From NCBI RefSeq assembly GCF_018350175.1, contig NC_058368.1, forward strand, positions 37,202,001 through 37,266,000: a stretch of 64,000 bases of DNA, read 5' to 3'. Source of the stretch: Felis catus (lineage: Eukaryota). The notes beneath the pieces were generated by a model. That model worked only from the letters and a program-made list of their open reading frames with translations. It was not told the origin of the DNA and did not search any database. The position numbers and the translations under genes were made by a program. Below are positions 27,421 through 41,049 of this stretch, piece after piece. Positions within the stretch are counted from its first letter, which is position 1. Each line of letters begins with the position of its first letter.

Positions 27421-28776
27421 CACAGCGTTGCTTTTGTGTTTACATTTTTAAGGGTTCCAGCCATAATTGGTCATACTGGTGGGATCTTTGTGAAACTCAA
27501 CAAAGAATCAACATTCCAGAGACATTTCCAAGAGCACATTTGATAAGAACCTGTAATGAAAAGTCTGCCACTTGCTCTACCTATGTGGTAACCTCATTCT
27601 CCTTCCCTTCCGCTCTGACCTGCCTTGTCAGTATCCTATTCCTACCTACCAAGTGCAGGAAACTTGCCTTTGCCGCTGTCAACAATGGTCTGAAGCAAGA
27701 ACAAGTCAATATCTTTGTCATGGGTGCCATCTTCTACTGTTCCCCAAGTCACAGACACTCCATAATCGGAGCTGTGCTGGATGCTGTGTCTGGGATGGAA
27801 GAATAGCTCTTACATTGGGTCACCTGCTTGTCCCTAGAGTTTCACAATCTTTTTATAGAAAAGAGTTCACTTAGCCTCTCTATATGCTCCACAACGTGAC
27901 AGTGCCTTATGAAAACAAAATATTGTCACAATTTGGTACTGACCCCTTTAATCAGATGACGATTAAATCCAGAACAAGGAACTCAAATCCAGTTCCAAGT
28001 GCAAGCTGAGTAGAATATGGATGTCCAGCCCCCCCCCCCTTCTACCACTTTCTCATCTTCTCCAGTGGTCCTTATAAAAACAAGTGTTCATGCATAGTGA
28101 TATACGCAAATAGATAATATGAAGGAGGAGTGTCCACATGCACAGTATGTAGCACCATACTCTGGCTATAGCTAGAGAAAATAGCATGTTATGCATATAA
28201 AAAGAAACTTCTTTGTATACTTAACTGAAAACCTTAATAGCCTAACAAAGCAGGTGACTGTCTTCCAGAAAGAGTAGTCCTTGATCAAGCATGTGGTCAG
28301 TATATCATATAAATAACTATACTACCATATTATATTGCTATGAAGTAGTAAATAATTACCTATAATTCTCCTTACTTGTTTGTTAGACTGAGGAATCAAG
28401 GATTTCTCATGACTGTCTCACCAGGAGTAGGAATGATTTCTGCAGAGGACCCAGATAGTTTTTTTGTACCATTCTATTTTATCACAGATCTAGTTGCTAT
28501 CCTTTGTAATTGTAGGTTTTTAAAGTTAATGAGAGTTTATAATGTCTGAAACTGCTTCTTATGGCAGAGGGTTTGGGGAAGACCATCAACTCTCTCTTAT
28601 ATGAGATGAAAAAAACAAGTCAGCTGAGAAAGTACTGGCACAACTAACCAAAACATAGCTGTGGAAACCAGAACATGGAACTCAGGATCAGAAGAGAAGA
28701 CAAAAGCTGGAAGCAATGGAGAGCATTTCTAGGCCAAGACAGAAAATTAAACTCATTGTCTATTTCCTAGCTGTAT

Positions 28777-28989
28777 TTTTTTTTAATTTTTTAACATTTA
28801 TTTATTTTGGACAGAGAGACAGAGCACTAGCAGGGGAAGGGCAGAGAGAGAGGGAGACACAGAATCTGAAGCAGGCTCCAGCCTCTGAGCTGTCAGCACG
28901 GAGCCCGATGTGGGGCTCCGACCCACAAAGCATGAGCATGACCTCCGCTGAAGTTGGACCTTAACCAACGGAGCCACCCAGGCGCCCCA
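28777..28989 (-). mobile_element. Can-SINE
   Basis: TSD CCTAGCTGTAT at 28766-28776 and 28990-29000. Confidence 0.97.
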
Positions 28990-30421
28990 CCTAGCTGTAT
29001 GTAGAGCAGCAGAGAAAGAGCAGACCTCCTCGTTTCAACCTTAGAGTGGAATCAGACCAAGCTTTCTTATCTCTACTGGTCAGTAGTATTGATGCATGAT
29101 ATCATTTTCCTATGGTGAAAAGGGGCTTCCTATGATCATTCTTTTATCTTGTGTATTTAACTAAGTTGTTGAAAAATGAATCTAGTATTTCCTCAAAGAC
29201 ATTGGGAAGTCCATAGTTTCAGTTGACTTGACACAGCAGGTCATTGGGATGTGGACTGACGTTGCAAGCATGTGTATATGAAAACAAATTTAAACTTTTG
29301 TGATATTGCTGAGGTCTTGTGTGGGTATTAAGGAACCACAGGGTTGTTTATCCATTCAAAAATTAGGGTTATGGCCTAGAAAATCCTAACCCTTTTTCTT
29401 TAAAACATGGACACAACTGCAGGCATCATCTGACTATTAGCTCAATTTGTTCCCTTCAACTTTCACTTTGACCCTTTGTCTTTGCTTCTTGCTTGATCCT
29501 ATGACTGTTCTTTCAGTAAGACTATAAAACCTGGACCCAAATGTGGATTACACTAAATGAAGTTTAAATTCTACAATCTGGCTAGTATACTATAAAATAA
29601 GGCATCCACATTTTTAGGGGAGATTGGATTGATACAGGGAATTTATCATGTAAAGCCTGGTCCACCAATTCCAAACTCTGTCCGCAGGATGATCTGAAGG
29701 ACACTGCTCCTACTAAAGGGAGTGAGAAGTATGTTTGTGAGGGGAGCTCTAGTTTTTATGAAGAACTTTGGGATGGATATTTTTTGTAAGCCACTCTTGA
29801 AGATGGAATTTCTGCCATTGAATTAGGCTCCACAATCATAATAAACTGTGGAGTATACCTGTCTTATAAAACCATGATGTTCAATGGTACGCACAGCAGT
29901 GCTCCATTAACAAGTGACCTGGTCTATAAAATTTTAGGTCCGAGTATATCCTGAAGGCATAAAAAAGTCCCATGAATATTTTGGGTTAGATGTCTATGTC
30001 TCCTACCCCTGCTGTTTCTCCTCCTCCCTTTCAGTCTGCTTCTTTGACCTCATAGGGAGTTCCCTATGAAAATTTGACTAAGGCAAAAGAATGAATCTGG
30101 TTGATAGGTGGTTTTATATGATAATGGTAAAACTACATAAAATAGATGAATACAAAAATACAGCCCCATTCCAGGGTGTCCTTGAAGGATCATTGTGAAG
30201 GAAAATTCTTTTAGTGGGCAGACCATTGAGCAATGCATTTGGCTGTTCATTTTGTCTGAAATGTGAGATGTTCAGACTTAGGGATCTACAGTGATTTATA
30301 GGCAGTGAATAATGGTTTTGCTAAATGACCAGAGTCTTTCAAATAACTGGTCTGGAAAATTGGTACAATAAGTTCTGGAGTAAAGATATGTGGGAAAATC
30401 TTTACAAATGGCAGAGAATAT

Positions 30422-30650
30422 GGGGCGCCTGGGTGGCTCAGTCAGTTAAGCCTCCAACTCTTGATTTTGGCCCAGGTCATGATCTCACGGTTCTTGGGAT
30501 CGAGCCCCACATTGGGCTCTGCACTGACAGTGTGGAGCCTGCTTGGGATTCTCTCTTCCTCTCTCTTTGCCCATGCCCCACTTGCTCTCTCTCTCTCTCT
30601 CCCAAAATAAATAAATATACTTTGAAAACCAAAAAACAAACAGCTACAAA
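30422..30650 (+). mobile_element. Can-SINE inserted in ERVL pol
   Basis: GGCAGAGAATAT duplicated on both sides. Confidence 0.95.
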
Positions 30651-31985
30651 AAAATGGGCAGAGAATATAAAAATACTGGTGACCCATGTAAATGTTCACC
30701 AAAAGGTAATCTAAGATTAAAGGTATTTTAATAGTTTTGTGGAGAAGATAACCATTTTTGTCAGTATTAGTCAGATTGTTCCATCACAGTCCCAAGTGGC
30801 TGTGTTGGCAGGGGTATTATTTATGGGATCAGTAATGTAATCTTACACTCCTAATAACCTGTCTGGCAGCAGCCATCAATGAGTGGCCAATATACTCTGG
30901 AAAAACAGGATTCTTTGAGCATTAATCTACACCTTGTGGCAGGTTGATTGCATTGGAACACACTTCTCATGGAAGGGAGACTGCGTTAGTATCACTGGAT
31001 AAGCACTTATTCTAGATACAGATTTTTATTCTCTGTTCACATTGTTTTTGGCAGAACCCCATTCATGTATTTATAGAATGCCTTAATAACCATGGTATTC
31101 CACTGAACACTGCTTTTGACCAAACAACTAATTTTAAAGCAAGTGAAGTGTGACAGTTGGATCACACAAATGGAACTCACTGATCTTACCATGTTCCCTA
31201 TCATCCTGAAGCAGTTGTCCTGAGAGAATAGTGAAATGACATTTTGAAGACTCAAATACAACCACACTTGGAAGTATCTTGAGGGGTTGGGCAATTTCCT
31301 TAGGATGTAGTATCACTCAATCAGGGATTAACATGCGATGTTGTTTCATCCTCGTCAGTATTCACAGGTCTGAGAAACAAAGATGGAAACGGGAGTTATT
31401 TCTCTTTTATGACTCAGTCATTTGCCGACAAAAATTTTGTTTACAATAATTGTGACTTTGGGTTTCTCTGATCTAGGCATTTTAGTTCACAAGAGAGGAA
31501 CGCCTCTGCCAGGGCTCACATCATGGGTTCCATTAAAATTTGAAGTTGAAGTCGCTGTTTAGTCAATTTGGGTTCCTTGTGTTAGTGAACTGATGGACAA
31601 ACAAGAGGGCCATTGTACTGGCTGTGGGGAATAATTCTTTTATCCTGGAGATATTAGAGCTACTAGCAAATAAATGAGGTTAAGAAGGCAATGGAGAGGA
31701 TTGCCTATGACAAATGATAAAAGGCAATGGGAAACCACAATTCTGTTCAGGCAGGACTGATAATGGACCAAACCATTCAGGAAACAAAGTTTGGATCACT
31801 CTACCAGGCAAAAAATTAGGACCAACAAAGTGATTGCTGAGAGGAAACGCTATGTAGAATGGCTTGTCAGCCAATGAAGATAGTTATAAATAGCAGTTAG
31901 GAGCACATGAACAGTTACAGAACTGAGGATTATAATAGTTATTAATATTTCTTCCTATTCTGGTATAAATCTACTTGTAAACACA

Positions 31986-32016
31986 TTAATTAATTAATTA
32001 ATTAATTAATTAATTA
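31986..32016. repeat. (TTAA)n microsatellite
   Basis: Perfect tandem copies. Confidence 0.9.
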
Positions 32017-32316
32017 GCATTTTCCCCTCTCCCATTCCCCTGTAATCTGACATAAGATGTGTTATGTTATCTCCTATCTCAGTTTTTAAGTTATGAACTG
32101 TCAAAGGGTCAATGTGGTTCATCTAGAAAAGAACATCACCCAAGGTGGGTAGAGAGAATGTATCCTTTTTAAGAAAGAATTAGTATGTTTTTGACTGTAC
32201 AATGGAAACTTATATAATTTTAGGCAGAAGCACCACTTGGCTGTTATTTTTCCTGAGAGACTAAGTATGGCTAAAAGAAGTATGTACAGATGCCAGCTTG
32301 ACAAAGGGTCAACTTT

Positions 32317-33520
32317 TGTGGTGTTCTGTTGTGCCAACGTAGCCAAGTTGGAGCTCACCTTCCCTTTGCAGATCCAGATTAGAGGCGGCCACAATCGAAG
32401 TTTGTGCAAGATTTGGAAGAAGAGGTGAATGAGAAGATTTTTTAGGCACTGAGTTTGGCATAAGGTGCCTAACACTGGCAAAGCACACATGTTGTTTCTG
32501 TTCTGTTAATTCTGAAACTGGCATGAGACAGTATCCAGGCCTGCAGCTCTACCAGCTTCCTAAATATCTCCTCTTTTAATTTCTCCATGCCATGGACCAG
32601 ATGTACATATAGTTCTGTGGTGAATGATGAACAGTGCCAGCTTCTTCTGTAGGTCATTTATGTTATCAAGATTCTGAGATAGGGGAACTGAAGGACTCCA
32701 GAAAAATCTGCTTTTTTGCCCCTTTTCCTGTTTCTATTCTTGCTAGGACCTGTACCCCACTTTACACGTGTCTCATAGAGCAAATAGGGTATGTCCTCCT
32801 TGTCAGAGACAGGAGCTAATGATATCTTTAGAGTCTTCCAGCACAATAGATAAGATCTAAGGAAGGACGAGGTGAGAATGACTGGACAAAGCCATCATAT
32901 GCACATTCTAGACCACTGGCACTAGATATGTAGATGCCGAGACCCTCTCATTCCAAGGAACAATTTTCTTATGAAGGACACCTGGGCCTATATTTTTGTT
33001 CTGACTTGCTTCTAGATGCATAAGAGGACATGTATACCAGACCACAGTTCTTAATAAAAAGCCTGGACCCTGAGCAAAGATGAGACTCTCTCTCCTTTCC
33101 TTTCCGAGTCTCTCAGACACTCTCTCTGTACCTGTACTCTCTCTATATTTTCAATAAACTCTGCTCCCACTTCCTGGTAACTGTGTTTAATTTCTAACTT
33201 CGAGTAGCCAGGGACCCTCTTGGCTGGACCTGTGGGACTCCCTTCTAGGTCCTTGGACCTGGTTTGCCTGCACCATCTCAATGGGGTAAAACACAGAGGT
33301 AAGTTTTATTTTACCTTTGTGTATTCCAGTTAATTTTTATTCAGCTCCAAGTTACATTCAAGGCTGACCTGTCATGATGTCAGTCCCAATGCTAGACAAA
33401 AAAGCAACAGCTTTGTATAGACTCATTAACTCCCATAATTGTGTTAGGTCTAATCCCTGTAATAATTCCCTTTTGCTACAGCACCCATTTGGTCTGCTTC
33501 TCTGATCAAACCCTTATTCA
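32317..33520 (+). mobile_element. ERVL 3' LTR (LTR41/LTR52-like), split by a younger LTR
   Basis: Starts TGTGG directly after the internal region. Ends GGTCTAATCCCTGTAATAA..CTGCTTCTCTGATCAAACCCT. Confidence 0.6.
32661..33275 (+). mobile_element. Solo LTR (probably ERV1 class) nested in the older LTR
   Basis: TG...CA ends, TATA-like TAATAAAAAG at ~33052, CT-rich R region, AATAAA at ~33153. TSD not clear. Confidence 0.65.
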
Positions 33521-33594
33521 GATTGGGGCCTTGTAATGTTTATGTTTATGTGTTTAATGCCTAACTATGCTTAGCATTAAGAAAATCCTTCATA

Positions 33595-33810
33595 GGGGCG
33601 CCTGGGTGGCTCAGTCAGTTAAGCATCCGACTTCTACTGAGGTCACGATCTCACAGTTTGTGGGTTTGAGCCCCATGTCTGGCTCTGTGCTGACAGTGCA
33701 GAGTCTGGAGCCTGCTTCAGATTCTGTGTCTTCCTCTCTCTCTATTCATCTTCTGCTTGCTTTCTCTCTCTCAAAAATAAATAAAGATTCTTAAAAAAAA
33801 TTTAAAAAAA
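33595..33810 (+). mobile_element. Can-SINE
   Basis: Typical head and tail. AAGAAAATC occurs on both flanks. Confidence 0.95.
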
Positions 33811-34289
33811 AGAAAATCATAAATCCTGGCTGACTGGTGATGATGATGGTACTTGATGACTCTCCCTACACTCATGTTTCTCAAGAACTTGATTTACATT
33901 TCTGCTCTACTTTCCTTACTCATTTTTAGCCTCTAAGACCTCAGCAAGTGACCTTATCTCTAGATGGGGCTGTCATACCCACCCCTGCCTCTAGAGGGAG
34001 GCATCAGAAAAAACTACAATAATGGAGAGATGGGTACCAATATATATGTAATAGAGTAACTTGAAATCCCTCTGGAATTTTAAGGCTTACACACCTGATA
34101 TTTGTTCACTCATTTTCCAATTTTCAGGATCTTCCACATTTTTTAAACCTACTAGAGGAATTTTAACATGTTGCTTCCTTCTCAGAAACCCTTGTTTTTA
34201 TAACCCTTGCCATACAATTATACCTCAGGTACATGTTTTTTTTAAAGGTCCTGTTATTTAGCTTTGGTAATAGCAACAAATACGAAGAC

Positions 34290-34588
34290 AATAGTCATAG
34301 TTCCCAAGAAAAAAGTCCACATGAGGAAGAAGCAGGGTTGGTCAAGAGGGTTCTAGGGCATAGGTGTCTGCCACCTGGCCCTGGAATGGCCTGGAGTATG
34401 AGAGCCTGATAATGAAGGTTGTTGAGGGTGTGAACTCCAGGTTGTTTGGTTTGCCACTTGAAAAGCATGCTTCTGGGTCAGTTGTTTGCTATCTCTAATC
34501 CCTCCAGCTTCAGCAAGGCCCCAGATGTCAAAGCATCAGAATACAGGACGGGGGGCGGGGGGGGGGGGCAGAAGACATGGTTAATACA
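34290..34588 (-). mobile_element. MER74-like ERVL LTR
   Basis: Reverse complement starts TGTATTAACCATG..GATGCTTTGACATCTGGGGCCTTGCTGA. Left boundary uncertain. Confidence 0.65.
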
Positions 34589-34805
34589 TTATTGACAGTA
34601 TCATGGTTGATTAAAAAGTTGTCCTTACCAATGGTAGGAGGACAACCCTATTTTCAACCCAGAAATATCACAGTTCAAGAATCAGGCTGTTTTGTTATCA
34701 GTGACAAGAAAAAGTATTTCATATTGGCCATGTAAATTCAAGTTGTGAAAAAAACTGAGTACGGATAAGCACTTAGGTCTTTTCATTTTATTTCAAAAGA
34801 AGATC

Positions 34806-35018
34806 AGGAGCACCTGGGTGTCACAGTCAGTTAAGTGTCTGACTTTGGCTCAGGTCATTATCTTTCGGTTCATGAGTTTGAGCCCCCTGTTGGGGCTCTG
34901 TGCTGACAGCTCAGAGCCTGGAGCCTGCTTCAGATTCCGTGTCTCGCTCTCTTTCCGCCCCTTCCCAACTCGCACTCTGTCTCTCAGAAATAAATAAACA
35001 TTAAAAAAAAATTTTAAG
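34806..35018 (+). mobile_element. Can-SINE
   Basis: Typical structure with AAAAGAAG flanks. Confidence 0.95.
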
Positions 35019-35789
35019 AAAAAGAAGGCCATACTGAAGAGTTCATAGTATTATTCTCATGTATTTTGGGTTGGGTAATTGTAGACAGGAAATGAGTGTC
35101 AGAAAAGGCCTTGGCAGTCTTTGTACTTTGAAATGCTTGTAGATTTCACCGTAATTTAACGTCATGTAACCAGAGGAAAAAAACTCACAGTTTGGAAATT
35201 GCCAAAGTATTCATCAAGGAAACATTCTTGGGACCCAATTTTTCATTAGGAGTAGGAAGTGGGTAAGCCATTCAGAAGCTCTGAACTACAGAAGCCCAGG
35301 CTATCCTCTAAGCCTGAAAGACAAGTCCTCTCCTAGCACCCACGTATAGATGAATAATAGTCATTTTGTCATGGAATAATTCTCTGAAATATGGAAAAAA
35401 AGAAAAGGGATTTTAATGACTGGTTTTATCTCATTTAAGAGATGCCTCCTGGAGCTAGGCATATTGTGAATTTCCTTTGATAAGGAAGAGGAAGGTTTCA
35501 CCCACTTTTAATCTCCTAAATAATCAGTATCCTAAAAGGAAGTAATCTTATTCGAAAAAAATCACATCATGTTAATTCTTCAGAAATTATTTTTCTGCAG
35601 ATACTAGTATGAATCTGGGAGTTTCACTTTTTTCTTCAAAGATATCATGAAATATTGCATTGAAAACGTGAACTTTAAAGTCAAATAATATCACCTAAAA
35701 AATTTGTTCTTCCTACCATTTAATAATGTTGCCACCTTGGTTGAATACATTACCTAGTCGCTCAGCCTCCACTAATATAAAAGTTTATA

Positions 35790-36002
35790 GGGGCGCCTGG
35801 GTGGCGCAGTCGGTTAAGCGTCCGACTTCACCCAGGTCACGATCTCGCGGTCCGTGAGTTCGAGCCCCGCGTCAGGCTCCGGGCTGATGGCTCGGAGCCT
35901 GGAGCCTGTTTCCGATTCTGTGTCTCCCTCTCTCTCTGCCCCTCCCCCGTTCATGCTCTGTCTCTCTCTGTCCCAAAAATAAATAAAAAAAAAAAAAAAC
36001 GT
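35790..36002 (+). mobile_element. Very young SINEC_Fc
   Basis: CpGs intact, long A-tail. TSD TAAAAGTTTATA at 35778-35789 and 36003-36014. Confidence 0.98.
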
Positions 36003-36989
36003 TAAAAGTTTATAAAATACCTACTTATAAATCCAATATGTTATTACTATATGGATTATCTTACATAATATTGGATTTCTTTTACAGCTTGGCATGCTGT
36101 GATAACATTCCTCACAATGCCCGATTCTGATATAGTTTGAGGATGATTTCTTCTTTCTTTTCAAAGGTACATCATTAATAAGTGATTTTGAAGGCATAAC
36201 TATGTCAAAATGTACTATTCTATTTATATATTTTCTGGTTGCCCATAGATACATTAGATTGTGTACTTGATTCACTGATGATTCTACAAAGGCCTGGAAC
36301 ACCTTTGGCTAAGTTCTGTTTCTGGAAACAGATGGTTAGATTTGCTTGCCACTGTTTTAAAGGGCTGTCATCACTTTTAAGTGTCTCTGGGCTTTCTGGT
36401 GTTAATGCTATTTGTCTATTACAGTTGTTTTTAGACTTTTTTCTTATTCTCCTATTGTGCTTTCTTTCTTTTCTTTTTTTTTGGGGGGGATGAGAGTTAA
36501 TTCTGTTCCGTTAATTACAATTCAGGGCCTCAGGCTCTCATGACACACAGACTCCCGATGTTAATAATAAATCGCTTTATGTTTCTTACCCATTGAAAAT
36601 TTTAAGACAACACATTTAAACATAACACTGTTTAAAAACTTCTATTAATATTAAGCTGCTAAGAATTTTTATAATACCTTCTTGAATCTTTCCAGGATTG
36701 GAATTCACTAAAAGCAACCCCATTGTGCCAACACAGCGGTATGCTCAGCTAATCACAAGCATCAAGAATATTTTGAAGTTCTCCCTTGCAGGATTTATTC
36801 TTGTTTTGTTTGTTTTAATGAGTCATTCTCAGTGTCCTTGCCAACGCTTATTTTTAGTGCTTCATGATCTGATAATTGATATTATGAGTATTAAAGCTTA
36901 TTTTTCCTTGCATATTAAGGTAGTTATGACTACATGCACTAGAAATTTCAACTTTTTCATGTATTTAATCTGCTCCTAGAAAATCCCTA

Positions 36990-37190
36990 GGGGGCTCCTG
37001 GGCGTCTCAGCCTGGTAAGTGTCTGACTTTTCGTTTCAGCTCAGGTCATGATCTCACAGTCCCTGGGATCTGCACTGTCAGCATGGAGGCTGCTTAGAAT
37101 TCTATCCCTGTCTCTACCCCTCCCCTGCTCACTCTCGCTCCCTCTCTGAAAAATAAATAAATAAAGTAAAAGGGGGAGAAAAAAAAAGAA
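36990..37190 (+). mobile_element. Older Can-SINE with internal deletion
   Basis: Diverged head, CT tract and tail. Confidence 0.88.
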
Positions 37191-37499
37191 AGTCACTTAG
37201 AGAGTGATTGCAAGTCTCTATCCATATAGACAATCTAGTATTTTCTGTATTGAGTGATACTTTTCACATTGGAAATAGCAAAGACAGAATAGAGATATAA
37301 GAGTGATCTCTCTGTGTTCCATAGATACCTGTCAATGGGAATCATAATTATTGGGGAAGGGTGTATAAGCCCCCTTCTCTGAATAAGAGATGAATTAGTA
37401 ATTTTTGGTCAGTCTACTAAGAGAAGATTGTTATCTATTTCTTGCCTTCAAAGAACTCAACCAGTATTAGGGTGATTGTTACTAAAATTTGCCCTGATG

Positions 37500-38045
37500 T
37501 CTCATTTACTCATTCAGTCACTCAGCAAATATTTATTGAGTTTCTTTCCTAAGGTAGAGGCAGTGTTCTAGGCACTAGAGACAAAATGATGATCAATACA
37601 TACATGGTCTTTATGTAGAGGTTATGGACTAGCAAAGGGAGGGACAAAATGTAAAGGAACATATTTCTGTGAGTTTGATAGTGGAGAAATTGACTTGGTT
37701 CACTTATTTAAGGAAAAGATGACTGAGCTAATGGAAGGATAGGGTTTAGTTTAAGAGGGAAGGAAAGAGCCTTCCAGGAAGGAGAAATTGTTTCTATAAT
37801 GGACCTTAGATGCCAGAGAGCATGAAGACTGTAGACAAGCTGTGGGCTGGAGGGCAGGGTGTGCGCCTGACCAGCATGCTGGAGATGATCCTGTACAGTT
37901 AGGTGGGAGCCAGGCCATGCACAGTTTTGAGATTTGTGTTAAGACATTTTGTATCTTTTGTAAGAAAAAAGGCCACTGAAGAGTTCCCTCAGAGGAGGTG
38001 ACATAACCAGATTCACAGTTTGAAAGAGTCCCTCTGACTGTGTTT
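37500..38045 (-). mobile_element. L2 3' end
   Basis: TCATTCAGTCACTCAGCAAATATTTATTGAG start followed by an L2-like body. Confidence 0.75.
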
Positions 38046-39484
38046 CTCAACTATAGATATTCACTAAGTCACACTGCTATGTTTTTCATATGTTTTTGTA
38101 CATTTCATTTCTTTTCCATGGTTTTACTTTTTCCCCAGACATATAATCTTTTTAAAAGCAGATTAAACTGATTTGCCATTTGGTCGAATCCTCTCCTTTC
38201 AAAATTAGAAGGTCATGTATTTTAGTCTTGAGATGATGAAACTTGACTCAGTCACAAGGAACCGCCTGTACTTTTCTGGGGACAAAACTGTCTCTACATG
38301 GTGTTGCTTTGACATTTGATTAACTGCCATTTTTTTCCCTTTTGGCTGTTACTGATATTTGAAACATCTTACAGATTTGCTTTTTGTAATAACATCCTGT
38401 CCATCAGCTAGTTTCAATGTCGAGATTTGTGTGTGCAACTCCTACTGAAATCAATGGCAGCTCCGGGAACCAATCCAAAAGCAGACTTGGCTCAGAGTCG
38501 TCAGTGGTCTGTAGAAGTGACTTCATTTATTCTCTCAGTGTGATACATATAGACCATTCTCTGAATTTGTCTATGGACAATATCAATATGCCTAAAATCT
38601 AATGAAAAGAATATTTTATTATGTGTCTATGGCTACCATATATAGGATGGCAACTTCTTACCTTCTTTCCCTCCAGTATAAATCTTTATCCATATGACTT
38701 TGTTCAGTCAAATATCCATCATGAGGTATTTCAGAAGAGCGACTTGCAATGCTCTATTTGATATTTCTTCCATTTGCAGAAGCCCTACCAAATGTCAAAG
38801 TCTATATCAAGCATACTTTCCCTTTTAGAAACCGATTAAAGGGTTCATCTTTCTTTTTCATACCTGCTATTTTTCATCTTTTCTTAGTAACTATTTAGTA
38901 ACTACCGACTAACACATATTTACCTGCAAGATTGTATCCTCCATAACACTATTTTCCCCCTCTTGATTTATGAGAAGTTCTTCCTTCATATTTGTGTCCC
39001 TGACCTTCAATATACATTACGCCTTCAGTGAGTGCTTTTTGAACGCATGGAGGGAAATTAGAATATTAGTAAGGGAAAAAATAGTGAGCCTAGTAGGAAG
39101 TATTGTGCCCATATTAAGAAAGAAAAAGTCTCCCTGTGTAGTATTGTTTATCATTGACTAATGAATACAGTAAATATGCAAGGAAGTAGGTAGATGTAGA
39201 TAGATAGAGTGATGACAGGTGATATATTGATAGGCAGTAAGAAAAAGGGACCACATGAAAAATGTGAAAATTTTCTGTATGTGTTTTAGGAGAAAAAAGA
39301 ATATCCAACTAAGAAGTTCACGTTTTCCCCTTTTCCACCTTATAATCCAAAAATAAGTTTTGAAAAATAATAATTCTTCATTAATGAATGATTGGTAGCA
39401 TTAAATGTGATTCCTGGATTTGATTTTCCGGAAAGATGTGTTAGACTGACTGCACAAACATGTTTTCACAGACAGCCACTTTAA

Positions 39485-39486
<2 letters not shown>

Positions 39487-39520
<34 letters not shown>
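39487..39520. repeat. (CAA)n microsatellite
   Basis: About 11 perfect copies. Confidence 0.95.
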
Positions 39521-40267
39521 AAACCAACTGACCAATCAAAACCAAATCCTAAACTCAGACGCTGTAAAATAAGTAATTAGATTTGGAAATAGAAAGTCAA
39601 GTAAAAGTAAGTTTAAATCTGTCTGATCTTAGAATGACAAGTTTCCCTAAACTCTATGCCACTAATCTTTTGGTCATTTTGCTGCTTCCTTTCTTGGACA
39701 AATGTCTCACAAGAATTATGTTTATTTTACTTGTTTCCATTTCCTCCAGTGCAACTCCTTTTCCAAGCCCAGGAATGATACACAAAATATCAGAGAACTG
39801 ATTTTTTCCCCCTGCAGCATATTTGCATATTCTGTACCCTTGATTTCAGAATTTGGGTTCATTTAGGTGGAGTCCAGGGACCAGTCTGTTAGGGTGGGTA
39901 GAAGTCTTTCTGGACCCGCAGGCATCTCTTTAAATTAAGCCGGAAGCTTTTCCGCAATAAGCTGGTACCATAAAGGACCACCCTCCCTTGGATGAGGGTT
40001 GACAAGAATTAACCCCAGCCACTGTCCCCAACACTAGTAAAGGCTGTGCTAAGACTGAGCAAAATAACTAAAGAAAAAAAGGAAGGGAAACATATTCATT
40101 GTTATAAATTAAGGGGCACAATTAGGCTTTCACATGGATTTGTACCCCTGTGTGCAAGGACTACCTGGCCAAGGAAACCTCAAACTACAATATTGGTTGG
40201 AAGTGATCCCTGATGTGCTCCAAAGCACAATAAAGTCAGGGAAAAAAGACAATTACAAAAATATACA

Positions 40268-40965
40268 CATGTGTATCTTCCTCAACTTACAAAAGGGTTA
40301 TGGCCCACCCCATAAGCCCATCATAATTTGAGAATATCATAAATTAAAAATGCATTTAGTACACCTAAACTGTGAACATTATTGCTTAGCTTAGTCTGCT
40401 TTAAATGTGATCAAAACACTTACATTAGCCAACAGTTGGACAAAATAATCTAACACAAAATCTATATTATAATAAAGTATTCAAAATATCATGTATTTTT
40501 TTTAATTTTTTTTTCAACATTTATTTATTTTTGGGACAGAGAGAGACAGAGCATGAATGGGGGAGGGGCAGAGAGAGAGGGAGACACAGAATCGGAAACA
40601 AGCTCCAGGCTCTGAGCCATCAGCCCAGAGCCTGACGCGGGGCTCGAACTCACGGACCGCGAGATCCTGACCTGGGTGAAGTCGGACGCTTAACCGACTG
40701 CGCCACCCAGGTGCCCCATTTTTTTTTTAATATTCCACTGACAGTGAAAACAAAAATAGCTATACGTGTATCATTTGTGGACCCTCATAATCACATGGCT
40801 GACTGTCCATTATTAGGAAAAGAGTATCTTACCTCATATTGCTAACCTGGGAAAAGACCAAATTTCAAACTTTGAAGGGTGGTTTCTACTGAATGTGTTT
40901 CGTTTTCACACTATCATAAAGTCAAAAAACTGTATTTCAAACCATTATAAGTTGGGACTGACTGA
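40268..40965. mobile_element. MER47/Tigger5-like DNA transposon
   Basis: Ends CCTCAACTTAC... and ...ATAAGTTGGGA; internal CAAAACACTTACATTAGCC. Confidence 0.75.
40495..40717 (-). mobile_element. Young SINEC_Fc inserted in the Tigger element
   Basis: Near-consensus sequence with most CpGs intact. Confidence 0.97.
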
Positions 40966-41049
40966 CTGTATTTGGAAATTAAGAAATATAGTTCTAGGCA
41001 TTTCTAGGGAGTTATTTCCTATCTTTGAGCTGTGGGGTGGTGGGGTCTG

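Larger units (their letters stand above)
29690..32315 (+). mobile_element. ERVL internal region (gag end, large deletion, RNase H, integrase), decayed
   Basis: Remnants of GVPY..LT, LQP..LKD..EGK and HVNVHQK, then integrase-like sequence. Ends GCCAGCTTGACAAAGGG just before the LTR. Confidence 0.8.

Noticed and set aside
27540..27874. Overlapping ORFs and a possible minus-strand small exon at ~27664-27685
   Set aside because: No recognisable peptide; the exon would need a GC donor and would not preserve frame.
36029..36160. 11-bp hairpin next to an acceptor-like TTTTACAG
   Set aside because: The stem is too short for a pre-miRNA, and the putative exon has stops in all three frames.
36696..36738. 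43-nt exon-like segment (TTTCCAG...GTATGC)
   Set aside because: Splice-like motifs only; no recognisable peptide or supporting neighbouring exons.
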